This document shows, piece after piece, positions 36,581 to 50,360 of a stretch of 64,000 bases of DNA. Origin of the DNA: Malacoraja senta. Its lineage: Eukaryota. Under the pieces are notes generated by a model. It did not search any database. It saw only the letters and a list, made by a program, of their open reading frames with translations, and was not told where the DNA came from. Where the stretch lies: positions 2,606,001 to 2,670,000 of the forward strand of contig CM075994.1 in the NCBI GenBank assembly GCA_038087875.1, read 5' to 3'. The position numbers and the translations under genes are program-made. Positions within the stretch are counted from its first letter, which is position 1, and each line of letters starts with the position of its first letter.

Positions 36581-38188
36581 TCCTATGCCATAAGAAAGTA
36601 TAATATTAAAATAGCATAAAGGAGTTGGTGGAGTGAAGTCCAGAGCTTAACAGCTGTTGCAACAGAAGGCACAGAATAGGACACCAAAGGCAAAACGTTC
36701 TAAATGGTCATTGCAATGAAAGTCACAAGGACCACCGTTCACCTAACTCCCAGGATTTTTTTTTTCACTGACTTTCAGAATTTGTGTAATTAAATTGGTA
36801 CAATATGAATTTATGTATGAATTGTATAGCATTAATAACTCCATTTGGTGTGTCTCTGTGACAAAGAATTTAATAATTATATAGAGACATCAGATCAGAT
36901 ATTAAAATTATGGCACTCAGTCTGAATGGATAATGCAATTGTTATGAGATGAATTAATGGAATTTACATGGATTGCTTGATAATTAGCAAGTTGTGGTTT
37001 CACACAAATTGATGTACTTTGTAAAAATAATTCCTTAGTTATATACCCCAAACCCCTTGCAATAAACGGCATCAGACTACTTGCTTTCATGATTCACCAA
37101 ATCAAGATCTTCGAATTAATACCATTTAGATGAATCTTATTTATAGGATTTTTCTAATACCACCACAGCAAACTTCTTCAGTTTCCTGCTTTACATTACA
37201 GCTGCCATCTTCTTTTCCCCTCTCTTGCTCTGTATTTGTGTATTTTCTTCATGCCTTTGTGGATGTTGCATATCTTCTTTTCCCAGCCAGCTCACATCAG
37301 TCTGAAGAACGCTCAACCCAAAACGTCACCCATTCCTTCTCTCCAGAGCCGCTGCCTGACGCGCTGAGTTACTCCAGCATTTTGTGTCTACCTTCAATTT
37401 AAACCAGCGTCTGCAGTTCTTTCCTACACATCACATGTGTAGGAACATCCACAGGATGTTTTTCTATGGCAATGAATATGAAGGAACTAAGTTCAGTGGT
37501 TTGAAAGGAACGGAGGCTTTGAAGTGCTTTTGAAATAATAAGGGCATGCTGCACTTTTCTTTAGTTTCCAAATTTTTCAGATTAGGATCAATGTTGAAAG
37601 TATCCACTATTTCCAATAGAACATTTTAGTATTATATGTGTGAACTGAGGCCATCAATGCATTTTGCCATTTGGATTTCAGTGACATTGAAATTTTGTCT
37701 CGGCTATGTGGGGAAATTATCAATTGTTTGTCCTTTTAATCAAACTGAATTGTAGATTTTGCTTGCGCTATTTTGTGATACGTGAAATTTTAGGGATAGG
37801 ACCATACTGATAGTAAGATTTGTTATTGTGTGTCGAATTTGGAGTAGTATATTAACAACATTTGCAGGTGGTGCATTTGGTAAAGCTTCAGCACCAATGA
37901 CGCAGGTTCAATACTGACCTCAGCGGCTTTGCATTCTCATTCTCCCTGTGACCGAGTGGGTTTTGTTGTATATCTTAAAGTGTCTAAGTGAATGGTAAGA
38001 CTTTTGGGAAAATAAAATAGATTAATATAGGATTGGTATAAATGGGTAATTGGTATGGACTTGATGTGCCAAAGAGCCTGTTTCTATGCTTAGATGCCTG
38101 ATTCTATAATTCCTGACAAATTATGTGAAGATAGTACCTTGATGTTTAGATTATTCTTAAAATACCATCCTTTTTTTCAGGAATCAGA

Positions 38189-38218
38189 ATGACTAATGAA
38201 GAACCTCTGCCAAAGAAG
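38189..38218 (+). CDS. WTAP: WTAP first coding exon (exon starts 38181): MTNEEPLPKK
   Basis: ttttcag| acceptor, AAG|gtaagt donor; peptide matches the vertebrate WTAP N-terminus. Confidence 0.95.
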
Positions 38219-38316
38219 GTAAGTACAAAGGAGTGTACATTTTCTATAAACTTCAACAAGGCAATATCTTTGTCATATGCAGAAAATAATGCTGACTTTT
38301 TTTCTTTCAAAAATAG

Positions 38317-38372
38317 GTTCGCTTAAGTGAATCAGACTTCAAGACTCTGTCCCGGGATGAGTTATGTTCCAG
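38317..38372 (+). CDS. WTAP: WTAP coding exon 2: VRLSESDFKTLSRDELCS(R)
   Basis: aatag| acceptor, CAG|gtaatg donor, 56 nt, in phase. Confidence 0.93.
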
Positions 38373-40905
38373 GTAATGATTAATGAATTGAATTTTGAAA
38401 CCAAGAGTAAAATTAACAAGCATGTCTTCATTTTTTTTAGTATTGTAGAGACATAAGAGACTGCAGATGTTGGAATTCTGAGGAAAAAACAAAGTGCTGG
38501 AGGAACTCTGCAGGTCATACAGCAGCTGTAAAGGAAAATGGACAGACATATTTCCAGTTGGGATCCTTCTTCAGACTGATAGAGTATGGGGGAGAAAGGT
38601 GGAGAAGAGAGGTTGGGGTGAGGCTAAGCCAGACAAGTGATAGGTGGATGCAGGTCAGGTGAGGGTGATTGGCAGATAGACAGAGATAGTGATAAAGGCT
38701 AGTGGTTGGGTGAAGAGAAGGGGCGGGGGAGATCAGAGGGGGGGGAAATATCACCTGAAATTGTATAATTTGATGTTCATATTGTTGGATTGTCGGCTAC
38801 CCATACAGAGGTGCTGTTCCTCCAGTTTGTGTGTGGCCTCACTCCAAGTCCAAGTATTGGAAACATTGGGATGGGGAAGGGGAGTTAAAATGGATAGCAG
38901 CCAGAAACACCAGCAGTCCTTGGTGAACATTGTAATCATGTATTGTCTTTCTGCATGACTGGATAGCATGCAACAAAAGCTTTTCACTGTACCTCGGTAC
39001 AAGTGATAATAAATTAAACTAAACAGAGCACAAGTGTTCAGTGAAACAGTCGCCCAGTCTACACTTGACCTCGCTGATATAGTGGGGGGCACAATGGGAG
39101 CACTAAATGTAATAGATGAGGTTGGTAGAGATGCAAGTGATGCGTCCTTTTCTTGCCCCACAGTTTTTTATTTAACACTCAAGATTCTCCCGGTATGTCA
39201 CCAGATAGTGATCAGCAGATAGGACCATTACCAATTTTGGCTGATCTGGAGAATCAAATTGTATTTTTGTTAGATCTTCTCCAACAGATATTTGCTACAT
39301 AGTCTTTTACTGAAAGGATGTTGAGCACCCAGAAAAGTGATATCTAATAGTAGCATTAAATGGGTCTTTTTGCTGATGATCTATAGCAGGTGTCCTCCAT
39401 TCAGTTCATACTGATGTTTAACTGGTATGTTACAGACAAGGAAACTTTCTAACATTCCTCAATTAGTAACCGTTTGCTCCCAACGTTTTCTCCATTTTTA
39501 GATTCAGCAATGGTTATTTCTCCAATTTATACTGGAATCATTTTTTAAATTAAAATAAATCACAATTAAGAATATCTGTATTGTTTTTAATAAAATATTT
39601 TTAACAGGAAACTTCATGTTCCATATTTCCCTTTGATTGGATTAGTGCATGTTTAAAAGGAATATTTTGTGTGAAATGCATGTGATCTGCAAATGCTCCA
39701 GTCCAGACATCAAAGCTCCTTCTCCAGTATATCACCCTACCTTTAATCCTAATCATTTATTAATCTGGTGTATATGTAAAATAAAATCCAGATCGAAACA
39801 ACTGTCAAAAATTCTGTTTGTGAAATAATACACCATGGAAAGGGGAGATTGGGTCAATGTTCCTGTGCCTTTTTAGAAAGATATATATCCAGTGATGGAT
39901 CAGTGATGAATTTCCAAATGAGGAATCTGTGTAACTTGGAGTGCAACCTGCAGCTGGTGGTGTTCCTAGGCCATTGCTGCCTTTGTCCTCATTGGCAGAG
40001 ATCACAGGTTTGGGAGTTGCTTTCAGGGCAGCATGCCGCAATGCATTTTGTAAATGGCACTTGCCTCAGCCATTGTGTGCCATTGGTCGATAAAATGAGT
40101 AGGATTCTGCTATTCAAGAAGATTGCTTTGATCTGGATGGAAGCAGGCTATAAGGCTCATCTTGTCCATACTGACCCAAGTCAGCATCCTGGGCTAGTCA
40201 TATTTGCTTACATTTGACCCCTATACCTCTACACCCTTCCTGTCCATATATCTGTTCAAATGTATTTTAAATGTCATAATTGTATCAACTTCCATATCTT
40301 CCTCTGGCAGCTCAGTCCAGATACATACTACCCTCTGAAAATGTTTTCCCTGAGATCCTTCTTAAATCACCCCCCTCTCAGTCAAAGCCTATGCCCTCTA
40401 ATTTTAGAATCCTCTTTATTTTTCCTGTCAAAATAAGACAATTTCACAATTTCTCACATTATCCCCTGTGCCAGAATTTTGCCCTCTGCCGTAGCTTTTG
40501 AATGTATCTTTGTAGTCTCATTATGTCATCTTAACAATATTGGTTCACCAATGCACATGTTCTGAATTTCTGGAAGCCCATTTACTATATAATAATTAGA
40601 ATTTCCCCAACAATTGATGTTAAGGTTGCTGGTCTGTAGTCTTTTTTTAAATTGTACATTACTAATTCGTGCATTCAGTTTATCGAGGGCCAATGCTTAT
40701 TTTTGTTGCCTCTTTCCTGTTGCATACTTGTAGACAATCCTGTTTTTACATTACCTGCCAATTTATTCTCATTTTATTTTTGCACCATTATACATTTTCC
40801 TTTCAATTAGTTAGGTGGATGCCATAAGATATACTGAAATAAAAATAGGAGTAGGCCATTCAGCTCCATAAACCTGCTCCACCATTCAATAGAATCAAAG
40901 TTGAT

Positions 40906-41206
40906 GGGGCGGCACAGTGGCGCAGCGGCAGAGTTGCTGCCTTACAGTGCCAGAGGCTCAGGTTTGATCCTGACTGGGTGCTGTCTGTACGGAGTTTGTG
41001 CATTCTCCTTATGACCACGTGAGATTTTTCGAGCTGGTCCAGTCTCCTCCCACACTCCAAAAAGGTACAGGTTCGTACGTTAATTGACTTCTGCGAATTG
41101 TAAAAATTGTACCTAGTGTGTAGGGTAGTGCTAGTGTACAGGGGGATTGCTGGTCGGCGTGGTCTCGGTGGGCCAAAGGACCAGTTTCCACGCTGTATCT
41201 CTAAAG
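40906..41206 (+). mobile_element. tRNA-derived SINE (HE1/V-SINE-like)
   Basis: A box TGGCGCAGCGG, B box GGTTTGATCC, central 'ctcccacactccaaa' domain and CR1-like tail. Related copies at ~24030, ~25320, ~34710 and ~37865. Confidence 0.8.
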
Positions 41207-41885
41207 TCCTCTTATTCTTAAATTCTACCCGTGTGAACACATCCCCAGGATATCCTCCCTAAGTACTGTTGAGATGCTCTCCCTAATCAGTAATGCAGCT
41301 TCCCCCCCCTTTTTTTTTTTTGCATCATCCTCTGTCATGTTGAAACTTCTATAGCCCAGTCTTGCCTTTCAGTCACAACGTTTCTGTGATTGCTATAATA
41401 TTGTAATTCCATGTGATGATCAACGCTCTAAGCTCATCTGCCTCAGTAAATGCATTTGAGCCCCATGCTCCCTAACATGCTTCTGTTTGTTCTGCCCAGT
41501 GGACATGCTTGATTTATCCTCTACATTCAGGTCAATCTTTCCACCTGCCACATTGCTATTGGGTTTCCCAGCCCTTTGCCAAATTAGTTTAAACTGTCCC
41601 GAGAAGCATGAGAAAACCTCCCTGCAAGGATAGTGGCCCCCTTTCAATTTAGCTAGGAGGTAAAGCTGGTTAAATTCCATGGATGGATGGTAAAGAATAT
41701 GAAACATTAGGAGTTGATGTTATTGAGTCAAGACAAGAGTATTTTATTGTCATATGTATTTAAAAGGATCAATGAAATTCTTGCAGGAGATTAATATAAT
41801 CAAAAGATGACATGATGGGAGAGATAGCAAAAAAGTGATTCCTCTTGGGGTAATTCATTGCCTAATTAACTCTTTCTTCCTACAG

Positions 41886-41944
41886 GTGGAAACAACAAGA
41901 AGTCTATGTACATGCATTAGAGACTAAGTGCTCGGAGCTCAGCT
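41886..41944 (+). CDS. WTAP: WTAP coding exon 3: WKQQEVYVHALETKCSELS
   Basis: ctacag| acceptor, |gtaagt donor, 59 nt; similar to human WKQYEAYVQALEGKYTDLN. Confidence 0.92.
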
Positions 41945-42387
41945 GTAAGTTGTTTTAGTTTCTTTATAACTCGTATTTCTGGTTATAGCTTGCAACAGAT
42001 TTTTAAAAGTAGCAAAGGTCCTGTAAACGTTGATAGTTTGGTTGTACTCACTGCTTGCATGAAGTTAGACGTGCTAAATTCTTTGCTAAGACAGATGTTC
42101 GGAAGATAAAATATCAGATTCTCTTGGATTAAGTATGAGCTTGCACTTTCAGGACATTATTTTACTTTTCTGAAGAATGTAGGTTTTTGGTGTCAGAGAA
42201 ACCAGCACAGCCGTGAACCAGCACATCAGAAAGCTGAATTTTGAAATATTCCAAATAGTGGTAATGGGTTGAGGAAGAAATTAAAGCTGGTTATACATTG
42301 AATTTTTAAAGACGCTGTAAGAGGTTTTAACGTTGCTACCTCACTGTTCACTTATTGTCCTTTTTACAACACACTACCAAACTTTAC

Positions 42388-42698
42388 GGCAGCACAGTGG
42401 TGCAGTGGTTGAGTTGCTGCCTTACAGCACCAGAGACCCTTGTTCAATCCTGACTAAGGGGGCTGTCTGTACGGAGTTTGTACGTTCTCCCTGTGACCTG
42501 AGTGGGTTTTCTCCAGGAAGCTCCAATTTCCTCCCACACTCCAAAGACGTACAGGTTTGTAGGCTAATTGGCTTGGTGTAATTGTAAATTGTCCCTAACG
42601 TGTCTAAGATCGTGTTAATGTGTGGGGATCGCTGGTCGGCATGGATTCGGTGGGCCGAAGGGCTTGTTTCCGCCGTGTATCTCCAAACTAAACTAAAA
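42388..42698 (+). mobile_element. tRNA-derived SINE (HE1/V-SINE-like)
   Basis: A/B boxes, same body as the 40906 copy, (AAACT)n tail. Confidence 0.8.
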
Positions 42699-45119
42699 TA
42701 CCAGCCTTTGGATAAAGAATGTTGACATCGGAACTGCAGTTTTGTTGGTCAATTGAAAATATTTCAACTTTATTAAATAGGCAGAATTTTACTTAACTAA
42801 ACATAATTTTGATACAGCTGTATTTAACTGGAGAAAGCTACGGGTAGATCTTTGATAATGTCTTAATTGTGCCCTTCACAATCACCTGCATTAAAAGAGT
42901 TTGACTTCCTCAAAGCTTAACCTACTCTTAGGGAATGGAGTTCTAAATTGGGGAAAGGCTGAATTTGGTAATAGACAGGAACTTGCAAAAATTGATTGGA
43001 ATCAGTTGTTTGCAGGCAATGGGACATCCGGAAAGTGAGATGCTTTTAAAAGTCTGACAGTGAGAGTTCAAGGTATGCATGTTCCTGCTAGAATCAGGGG
43101 TAAGGCAGGTAGAAGGAGTAAGGAACCATGCATGACGAGCGAAATTGAGCTGGTCGGGGAAAAAGGAGGCGGCGGCATGGGTCTGGTATGGGCAGGCCAA
43201 CAAATTAATCATTCCGTTCTTCCTCTCTGCTGCAATAGCTGAGTGGCATATATAACCCTCCAACTACAGCAACCATTACAGAATCTATAATGTGGAATTT
43301 TGGAGAGTTGCAGATCTGGCCTGATAGCAAGTTTATTCCTCAATATACATCTGGGAATCTGCCTTGAGAACAATAACCTAGCATTTACTCATTCATATGT
43401 GGTGAGGCAGTTATGGTGGGGCAATTACTGTAAGAGGTTATGACCTCTAATTTCAGTTGCATACCCCACCTCACTTTTTATTCTGAGTTCTGGAAACAAT
43501 TTCCACTAATGTCTTCTTGGTTCCATGCAGCCAAATTCTACCTCAAGAACACAATCTTCTGAGCCAAGATACACTGTAACCACTGTACTGACAATAGACA
43601 ATAGGTGCAGGAGTAGGTCATTCGGCCCTTTGATGTCATCCCTCAGTGCGACCTCATTTTCCTTGGTGCCTGTTCTTCCTTAATATTATTTAGTGTAGAA
43701 TATTTGGGTTTTAGGTTTGGTCAGCGATATTTTTATAAAGGCATTTAGATTATAACCATTTACAACTATTTGTCCATTCATTCATCCTTCTTGCTGTGGA
43801 TACAGTGTGTATTTAGATAGGATATCCTTTAAATTTGGTATTTTATCACTTTTCCATATTCTGATCCTATTTGCAGTTTGCCTTTTACACTGCCTATTAA
43901 TTTGGTTTCCCTCCCTTCTGAGCCTCCTCTCATATTCCTCTCCACTGACCAAGCTAAATTAAAGCCCTCACAAAAGCACTAGCAGACTGCCCTGCATATG
44001 TATAACGGTTTGAGTCCTCATGCGGTGTAACCTGTCTGACTTAAACTGCTTGTTATTGGAAAAGCAGCTAGATATAGTGGAACACTAAGCTGATGTGGCT
44101 AAAAAATTTAAATGTTTCTAATAATGCATTTTCAAAATTATGGCCAAATGCTCTTTCTAATAAGAATATGCATACGGTTATTTTTGCATTCTTTGTGGCA
44201 TTCAATAGTTCATGGCTTGCTGCATATTATTATTATATGGGAGGGACATGGGTACTTTCCAAAGCATACGGAATTATTGCATTGAATGCACGTCCTCAAA
44301 AAGTGGCTGCTTTTCGATTTTCATACATCCAGCTCGGGGATTAGCATTGAAGGAAGCATTGAAATCATCCAGTCCGTGTCTTCCACTTCCCTGCTCGAAC
44401 ACAAAATCACCGAAGAAATTTATTTAAAGTATTATCCAACTTCCTGTGGAAGGCTTCTTTTGAATTTTTCATGCAACTTTCAATCTTGCACTGTATTCCA
44501 AATCCTAAATGTGATATCAAATAAACGTTATCATATGGCACTTGTTCTTTTGCAAATCACCATTGCAGTCTACTGCTTTTCTTCAGCTATTAGAAACAAT
44601 ATTATTTAACATCTCGACCCCCTGCATGGTTTAAAAGCTCACATTAGTTTTATTCCGTATTTTCTGGTTCAAACAGATCAAACTCTGCTTTGCTTTACAG
44701 ATTTCCCCCGGGTCCATTCTGGTACAGGGCTGTGGCTTGGTTGCTGTCCTAGTATTCCAGAACCCAGGGGCTACAGTGGGATTTGAATTCATTTAATGAC
44801 ATGGAATTTTATAGAAAAATGCTAATTTGACATAACTACTGGATAAAATGTCATGACAATTTTGTCTGGCTCTATGAAGATATTTGGCTGAGAAAATTTG
44901 CCCTCCATGCCATTTTGTGCCCTATCTAGGTATAGGCAATATCTGGTCTCTATGTGGGTGACACCTACATGGCCTGGCAGGTCAGGGGCAATAATGGATT
45001 TGTAATACATACTGCCATTGCCAGTGATTCCTGTATACCTATTAAGAGAAATCTTCTCTGTACCTTCTCCAAAGCCTCTGCATTCCTATGTAATGTTATG
45101 CCCAGAATTGGACATACAA

Positions 45120-47040
45120 TCAATATAATACAATCAGTTTTATTCGTCACTTGCACATAAAGTGCAAGTGAAATGAATTTGCCAGCAGCGGTACAATGAA
45201 AAAGAACACAATAAAAATTTAACACAAACATCCACCACAGCATTCATCAGGGAGGAAGGCACAAAATTTGGCCAGTCCTCCTCCATTTTCCCCCGTGGTC
45301 GGGACCTCAACCCTCCGCAGCCACCGCTGCGGGCATCCAGATGAATGAAAGTCAAGCAAGTCCTGAATCGGTGCCGCCCCCACCGGAGACCGCGGCTTCA
45401 GGTTGGTGTAGGCCGGCGGTCGGAGATTTAAAGTTTCCGCCGCGCCGCAGCCAGAAGCACCGCAGACTGCAGGGCCGGCAGTCAAAGCTCCCCGGCGAGG
45501 GACCCTGCTCCTGATGGTAAGTCCATGCCGCGCCCGCGGTAGAGGTTGGCCGCGGGCCGGCAGTCGGAGTCGGAGCTTCTACTAGCAATGTTACAAAATT
45601 TTGAGATTTTAAAAATAAAGTCTGCAATTTATCCCATCAGATAAAGCATAAAAAGAAGTTTAATTTGACACTTAATTCACTTTCATATCTTCAGTATTAA
45701 AAAAGTTATGGCCATTATCATACTCAGAAATTAGCATCTAGTTCCCTATTGCTTTTCCATTGACTTAACACAAAAGCTGTGATCGAGGACAGTTAAAAGC
45801 CCATAACTTTCTTAAAAATTATGGTAACTGAAAGAAATTTTCAGGTATTATAGATTGAAGCATTCTGAAACAAATATGAAACAATCTTACTTCGAAGACA
45901 TGAAAGTAAAGCATATAATTAGTTACCTAATTGTAGCTAATTACAAAATTCAATTACTAGATCTAAACATCTATCAATTTCTTAAGAATAGATTAACATT
46001 TTTAAATAGCCTAAGTGTCCAAATAACATTCACACAATAATTCACAATATAACATAATTTTTAAATCTAATTTTCATGAATTTACAGGCCAAATGGAAGG
46101 AATTGAATGTTTAATACCTGTATATTAATGGAGATTTAATTCATCTTGCGAGTGAGGATTACTGGAACGCGATCTTTTGGAACGTTGATTTGCGGTGAAT
46201 TTAACCCCGTATTGGCATGAAAAATGCTGCCGTTAATTCGGGGAATAAAATCACCGTGTCGCATGACAAAATGTGAATTAAAGGCTTCTTAAGAAGCACT
46301 TTTATACATTTAAAGAAAGCACTTTCGTTTACCTGTCCATTGTGTGAAATCCGTCCCCGTTATCGGCGTTGACGCTTCAGGAGCTGCTTTTAAAATGACT
46401 AGCGCTGACATTGACGATTTAATAAAAATAAAAAATTCACAAAACGGCGGTAGGAACGATTTTGTCAGCCAAGGTTTGTACTCCAACAAAATATTTCCAG
46501 GACAAGGGAGAAACCCGCGTTTTAACCCCGCCCCCCCCTTAAAGGCGCCAAAATCGCGCACACGGCCAGTGGCAGAATTACAGCGCGACTGAAGGTAAGT
46601 TTTGTAACATACCTACTTCTACTTCTCCCGGGTCCCCAGCGAGGGATCCCAGGCTGCGGACGCCGCGCCGGCCGGAGCTCTGCAGACCGCGGCTTCAGGC
46701 TGCCGCTGGCCAGCGAACGGAGCGCTCCCCTCCGGCGAGCCCCGGTGAGGGCTCGCCCGCTCCAGGCCAAGAGTCCGCGCTGCGCCCGCAGCTGAAGCCC
46801 CGGGCGCGTCTCCGGGAAAGGCCGCCCGATCGTCGCTGTTAGGCCACAGGGGAGGCGACCTGGAAAAAGTCGCCTCTCCGTGGAGGAGGCGACCAAAACG
46901 GTTTTCCCTTTACCCCCCACCACAAAACACACAAAGAAACATTAAAAACATACATTTAAACACACTAAATTTTTTTTTTTAAGTTGAAAAAACTGACACG
47001 CTGCTAGCAGGGCTGCCGGCTTGCAGCGCCACCACCGACC
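45120..47040 (-). mobile_element. GC-rich non-coding repeat (copy 2), interrupted by a TIR element
   Basis: Reverse complement carries 'ctgtggtggatgtttgtgtt...gacgaataaaac'; GC-rich halves at 45270-45580 and 46620-47040. Confidence 0.55.
45584..46615. mobile_element. Non-autonomous TIR DNA element
   Basis: AGCAATGTTACAAAA ... TTTTGTAACATACCT(A); CTTCTACT on both flanks (45576-45583, 46616-46623). Confidence 0.65.
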
Positions 47041-47395
47041 CTAATACTATAGAATGCTTAATGTATTCTACTCTTCACAACACCCATAATTTCATGGGCT
47101 TGTTTTGGAAGATATTGCAGAGAGACTTCCTCAACAGCTTTGAAATTAACCAATTGTGCATATATTGTCATTTTATTTGATGTTGTACTGTAGAAGAGGG
47201 CCAAAAATATAATATCTGTAAACCTATCAGGGTTGCTAACAGAAATTCTTCAGCCTATTCTGGATTTTGATCAAATCAAGCAGATGCCAGCCAACTGTGT
47301 AGGAAAAAACTGCAGATGCTGGTTTAAATTGAAGGTAGACACAAACTGCTGGAGTAACTCAGCGGGTCAGGCAACATTTCTGGAGAGAAGGTATG

Positions 47396-47426
47396 GGTGA
47401 CATTTCGGGTTGAGACCCTTCTTCAG
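47396..47426 (-). ncRNA. Minimal hammerhead-ribozyme-like motif (representative copy) in a Penelope-derived short repeat
   Basis: Minus strand CTGAAGA-AGGGTCTCAACCC-GAAA-TGTC-ACC; window consensus CTGAAGAAGGGTCTCGACCCGAAACGTCAC has the CUGANGA core, helix II, GAAA and a GUC site. Confidence 0.5.
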
Positions 47427-49614
47427 TCTGAAAAGAAGAATGGTCTCGACCCGAAACATCACCGATTCCTTCTCTCCAGAGATGCTGCCAGTCCCGCTGA
47501 GTTACTCCAGCAGTTTGTCTGCCAGCCAACTGGCAGAGTCTGAATACCATCATGGGCTACAAGTCAAAGTCAGGGGTGAACCCTGGTAATGAAGCATCTC
47601 TACCAGATGAACTGAATGTCTTTTATGACCATTTAGAACAGACAGAAAAGTCCCACCAAAATGTGTCTCCAGACTTCCAAGCATGTTAGATTTGCTTTCT
47701 CAAGGGGAGTCCCTGGACAAGTTTTTAAATCATGTGCCAACAACTGGCCACAGTCTTTGCTGATGTTCTTCAAGCTCAACAGTACTGCCCCCATCTGCTT
47801 CAAGGCAACCGCCATCATTCCAGTTCACAAGAATAGTTGAGTGACTTGTCATAATGACTAGTGGCTCTAACATCAACCAGGAATTCAACCCAAAACGTCA
47901 ACTATTACTTACCATCCACAGATGCTGCTTGATCTGCTGAGTTCCTCCAACAGATTGTTTGTTACTCAACATTTGTGGCAAATGGCTTTGTAGAATTAAT
48001 TGCATATGGAAACACATTTCAACTGAGGAGAATGCATCTGCATAATCCAGACATGGAAAGCAGTCTTTTAACACTTTATTAAGTAATGTCTCTTTCGATG
48101 GACAATGGTGTGTATTCATGCAGCTTAAATTGCCCTAGCTTGAAGACTGATAATTGTTTGGATTAATGGCTGCTATTCACATAAATCCTGTAGGTTGTCA
48201 CACGCTTAACAATCTCTAAAATTGTGGTGAATGAAACTGGATAGGATGGTGATCAATTCAGCTGTTCTTTACTTAATGATCATTTCTTCTGTTGTTAAAA
48301 CTAAGTTGTGTGGGGTATACAGTCATGCATCTAACCTATGCCAGAATGTTGCTTGTCACAGACTTCAGCTTTTGATGTGCTGTTGTAGCCACAGTATTTA
48401 TATTTTTACGTGGCTACTCCTCTTAAGTCTCTGAATAATAGTACCTTCCCAAACCCCAAATATGTTGGTGGGAGTGGTAATTACTCGCCAGTGATAATGT
48501 AATTGAATGTTTTGGTGACTGTTGAACAATCATACTCGGCATTTTTGTGATGTGGGTTTTTAAAAGATGTGGTTGCAGGTTGACTGGAAGCTGAATATCC
48601 AAGGATATTCAATCATTAGGAAGAATAGGCAAACGGAAAAAGGGGTTGGTACTATCGTTTGTAAGGGATTGGAAAAGCAAAATCGCAAAAAAGAAATATT
48701 GGCTCAAAGTCAACATATAGAAACTGTCAATGTGGAAAACACTGTTTGTAGATCTCCAAATAGTAGTGATAATATAGGTGACCACATCAAAAAGGAAAAT
48801 TGAGACAGTAGTGACCATGGGTGTTTTTATTTTACATACAGACTGGTCAAATTGAATTCGCAATAATACTAAGAAGGATAAATTCCTGGAATGTGTGCTG
48901 ATTTTATTTTTCAGACCAGCATATTGAGAAGCTAAGTCTTGTGTAGGTCCTATAGGAGGGAGTAACCAAAACAAAACCCAATTCTTCTTTATATGAAAGA
49001 TGAAGTAGTTCTATTTGAAACTTGGGTCTTAAACCAGGCTATTAAGAATGAGAAGCGAATTAGCTGAACTGGATGGTAAACTTCATAAAAGGCACGTCAG
49101 GCAATTGTTGATAAATAAGGAATGAATTCAGGAGCTGTTATATATTTCATAAAAGCACCAAAGGAAAAAATAAACAAATCATGCAGTTGATGGTTTGGAC
49201 AAGGATACTTCCCTGACAAACTCCTAGTTATATCGTCGAGACAGGAATATTGATCTCCAATAACCACAAATGTCATCCTCAAGTCAAATGATGACATGAT
49301 GTCAAGGGCAGTGAATCTCACCTCCTGGAGTTTGGTTGTTTGTATGGAGTGGCATTCTTATGTTATATTTCATACTTGTACTTCCTTGCAATAAAACAAG
49401 GTCATTCAGTCCATCAGGGCTATCCCATCCATTCCATTCCTCCATTTATTTCACTGTGACCTACTCTCACATGTATCCATCAATACCCTCTTTGATTCTC
49501 CTATTACCCACCTACATTGGCAACAATTTGCCAAAACGTTACCTATTTATGGTTCTTCAGAGATGCTGCCTGGCCCACTGAGCACTCCAGCACTTTGTGT
49601 CTTTTTTTGTTTAT

Positions 49615-50360
49615 TAAGATGACTGGCGCCTGTGATGGTGGGAACCTTCCGGGTCCACCCGGGACGCCGCACATATTTAAAAAAAAATTTAGTGCTTTTT
49701 AAAAGTTCGTGTAAATGTTCTCCGGTTTGTTTTATGTGGGGGGGGGGCAGGGGGCAGGGTAAACTTTTTCCGTGTTTCTTACCTGGCCGATGTGATTTTA
49801 AAAAAAATAATCCCGGATCGCATCTCCGGTTGCTTTGCGTCCTCCCATTGATGGAGCTGGAGGCCTCCTCGGACTGACTTTGAGCCCCAGCGTGGGGCGG
49901 GGACTTAACATCGGAGTCGGCCTCTTGCCACGGATCGCTCCAACCGCGGCCTGCGGACTTTACCAGCGCAAGCTCGCAGTCTCAGAAGAGGCTAGTCGGG
50001 AGCTCCAACGACTCAGAGGCTCGACCCGTCCCGGGGTTCGATTGCCAGCGCGGGGGAGCTGACATCCCCCTGATCCAGGAGCTGATCGCCCCGATGCGGA
50101 GGGCCCAAACGCCGCCGGAGTCGAGATCGTTCCGTTGGCTCGAGGCTCCCGACCACGGGAGAGCAAAGAAGGGAAGGGATCTGAACTTTTTTTTGCCTTC
50201 CATCACAGTGAGGAATATGGAGGAGTCACTGTGGTGGATGTTTATGTTAAAATGTATTTTGTGTGTTCCGCTGCTTTTTATTTGTGTTGACTTGGCAAAT
50301 GAAATTCCTCATATGTTGCAAAACATACTTGGCTAATTTAGTATTATTGTGATTGTGATT
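49615..50360 (+). mobile_element. GC-rich non-coding repeat (copy 3)
   Basis: CACAGTGAGGAATATGGAGGAGTCACTGTG hairpin followed by the shared 3' block and an (ATTGTG)-type tail. Confidence 0.55.

Noticed and set aside
40906..40990. tRNA gene
   Set aside because: The A/B boxes belong to a SINE head; there is no full cloverleaf and the sequence continues into SINE body and tail.
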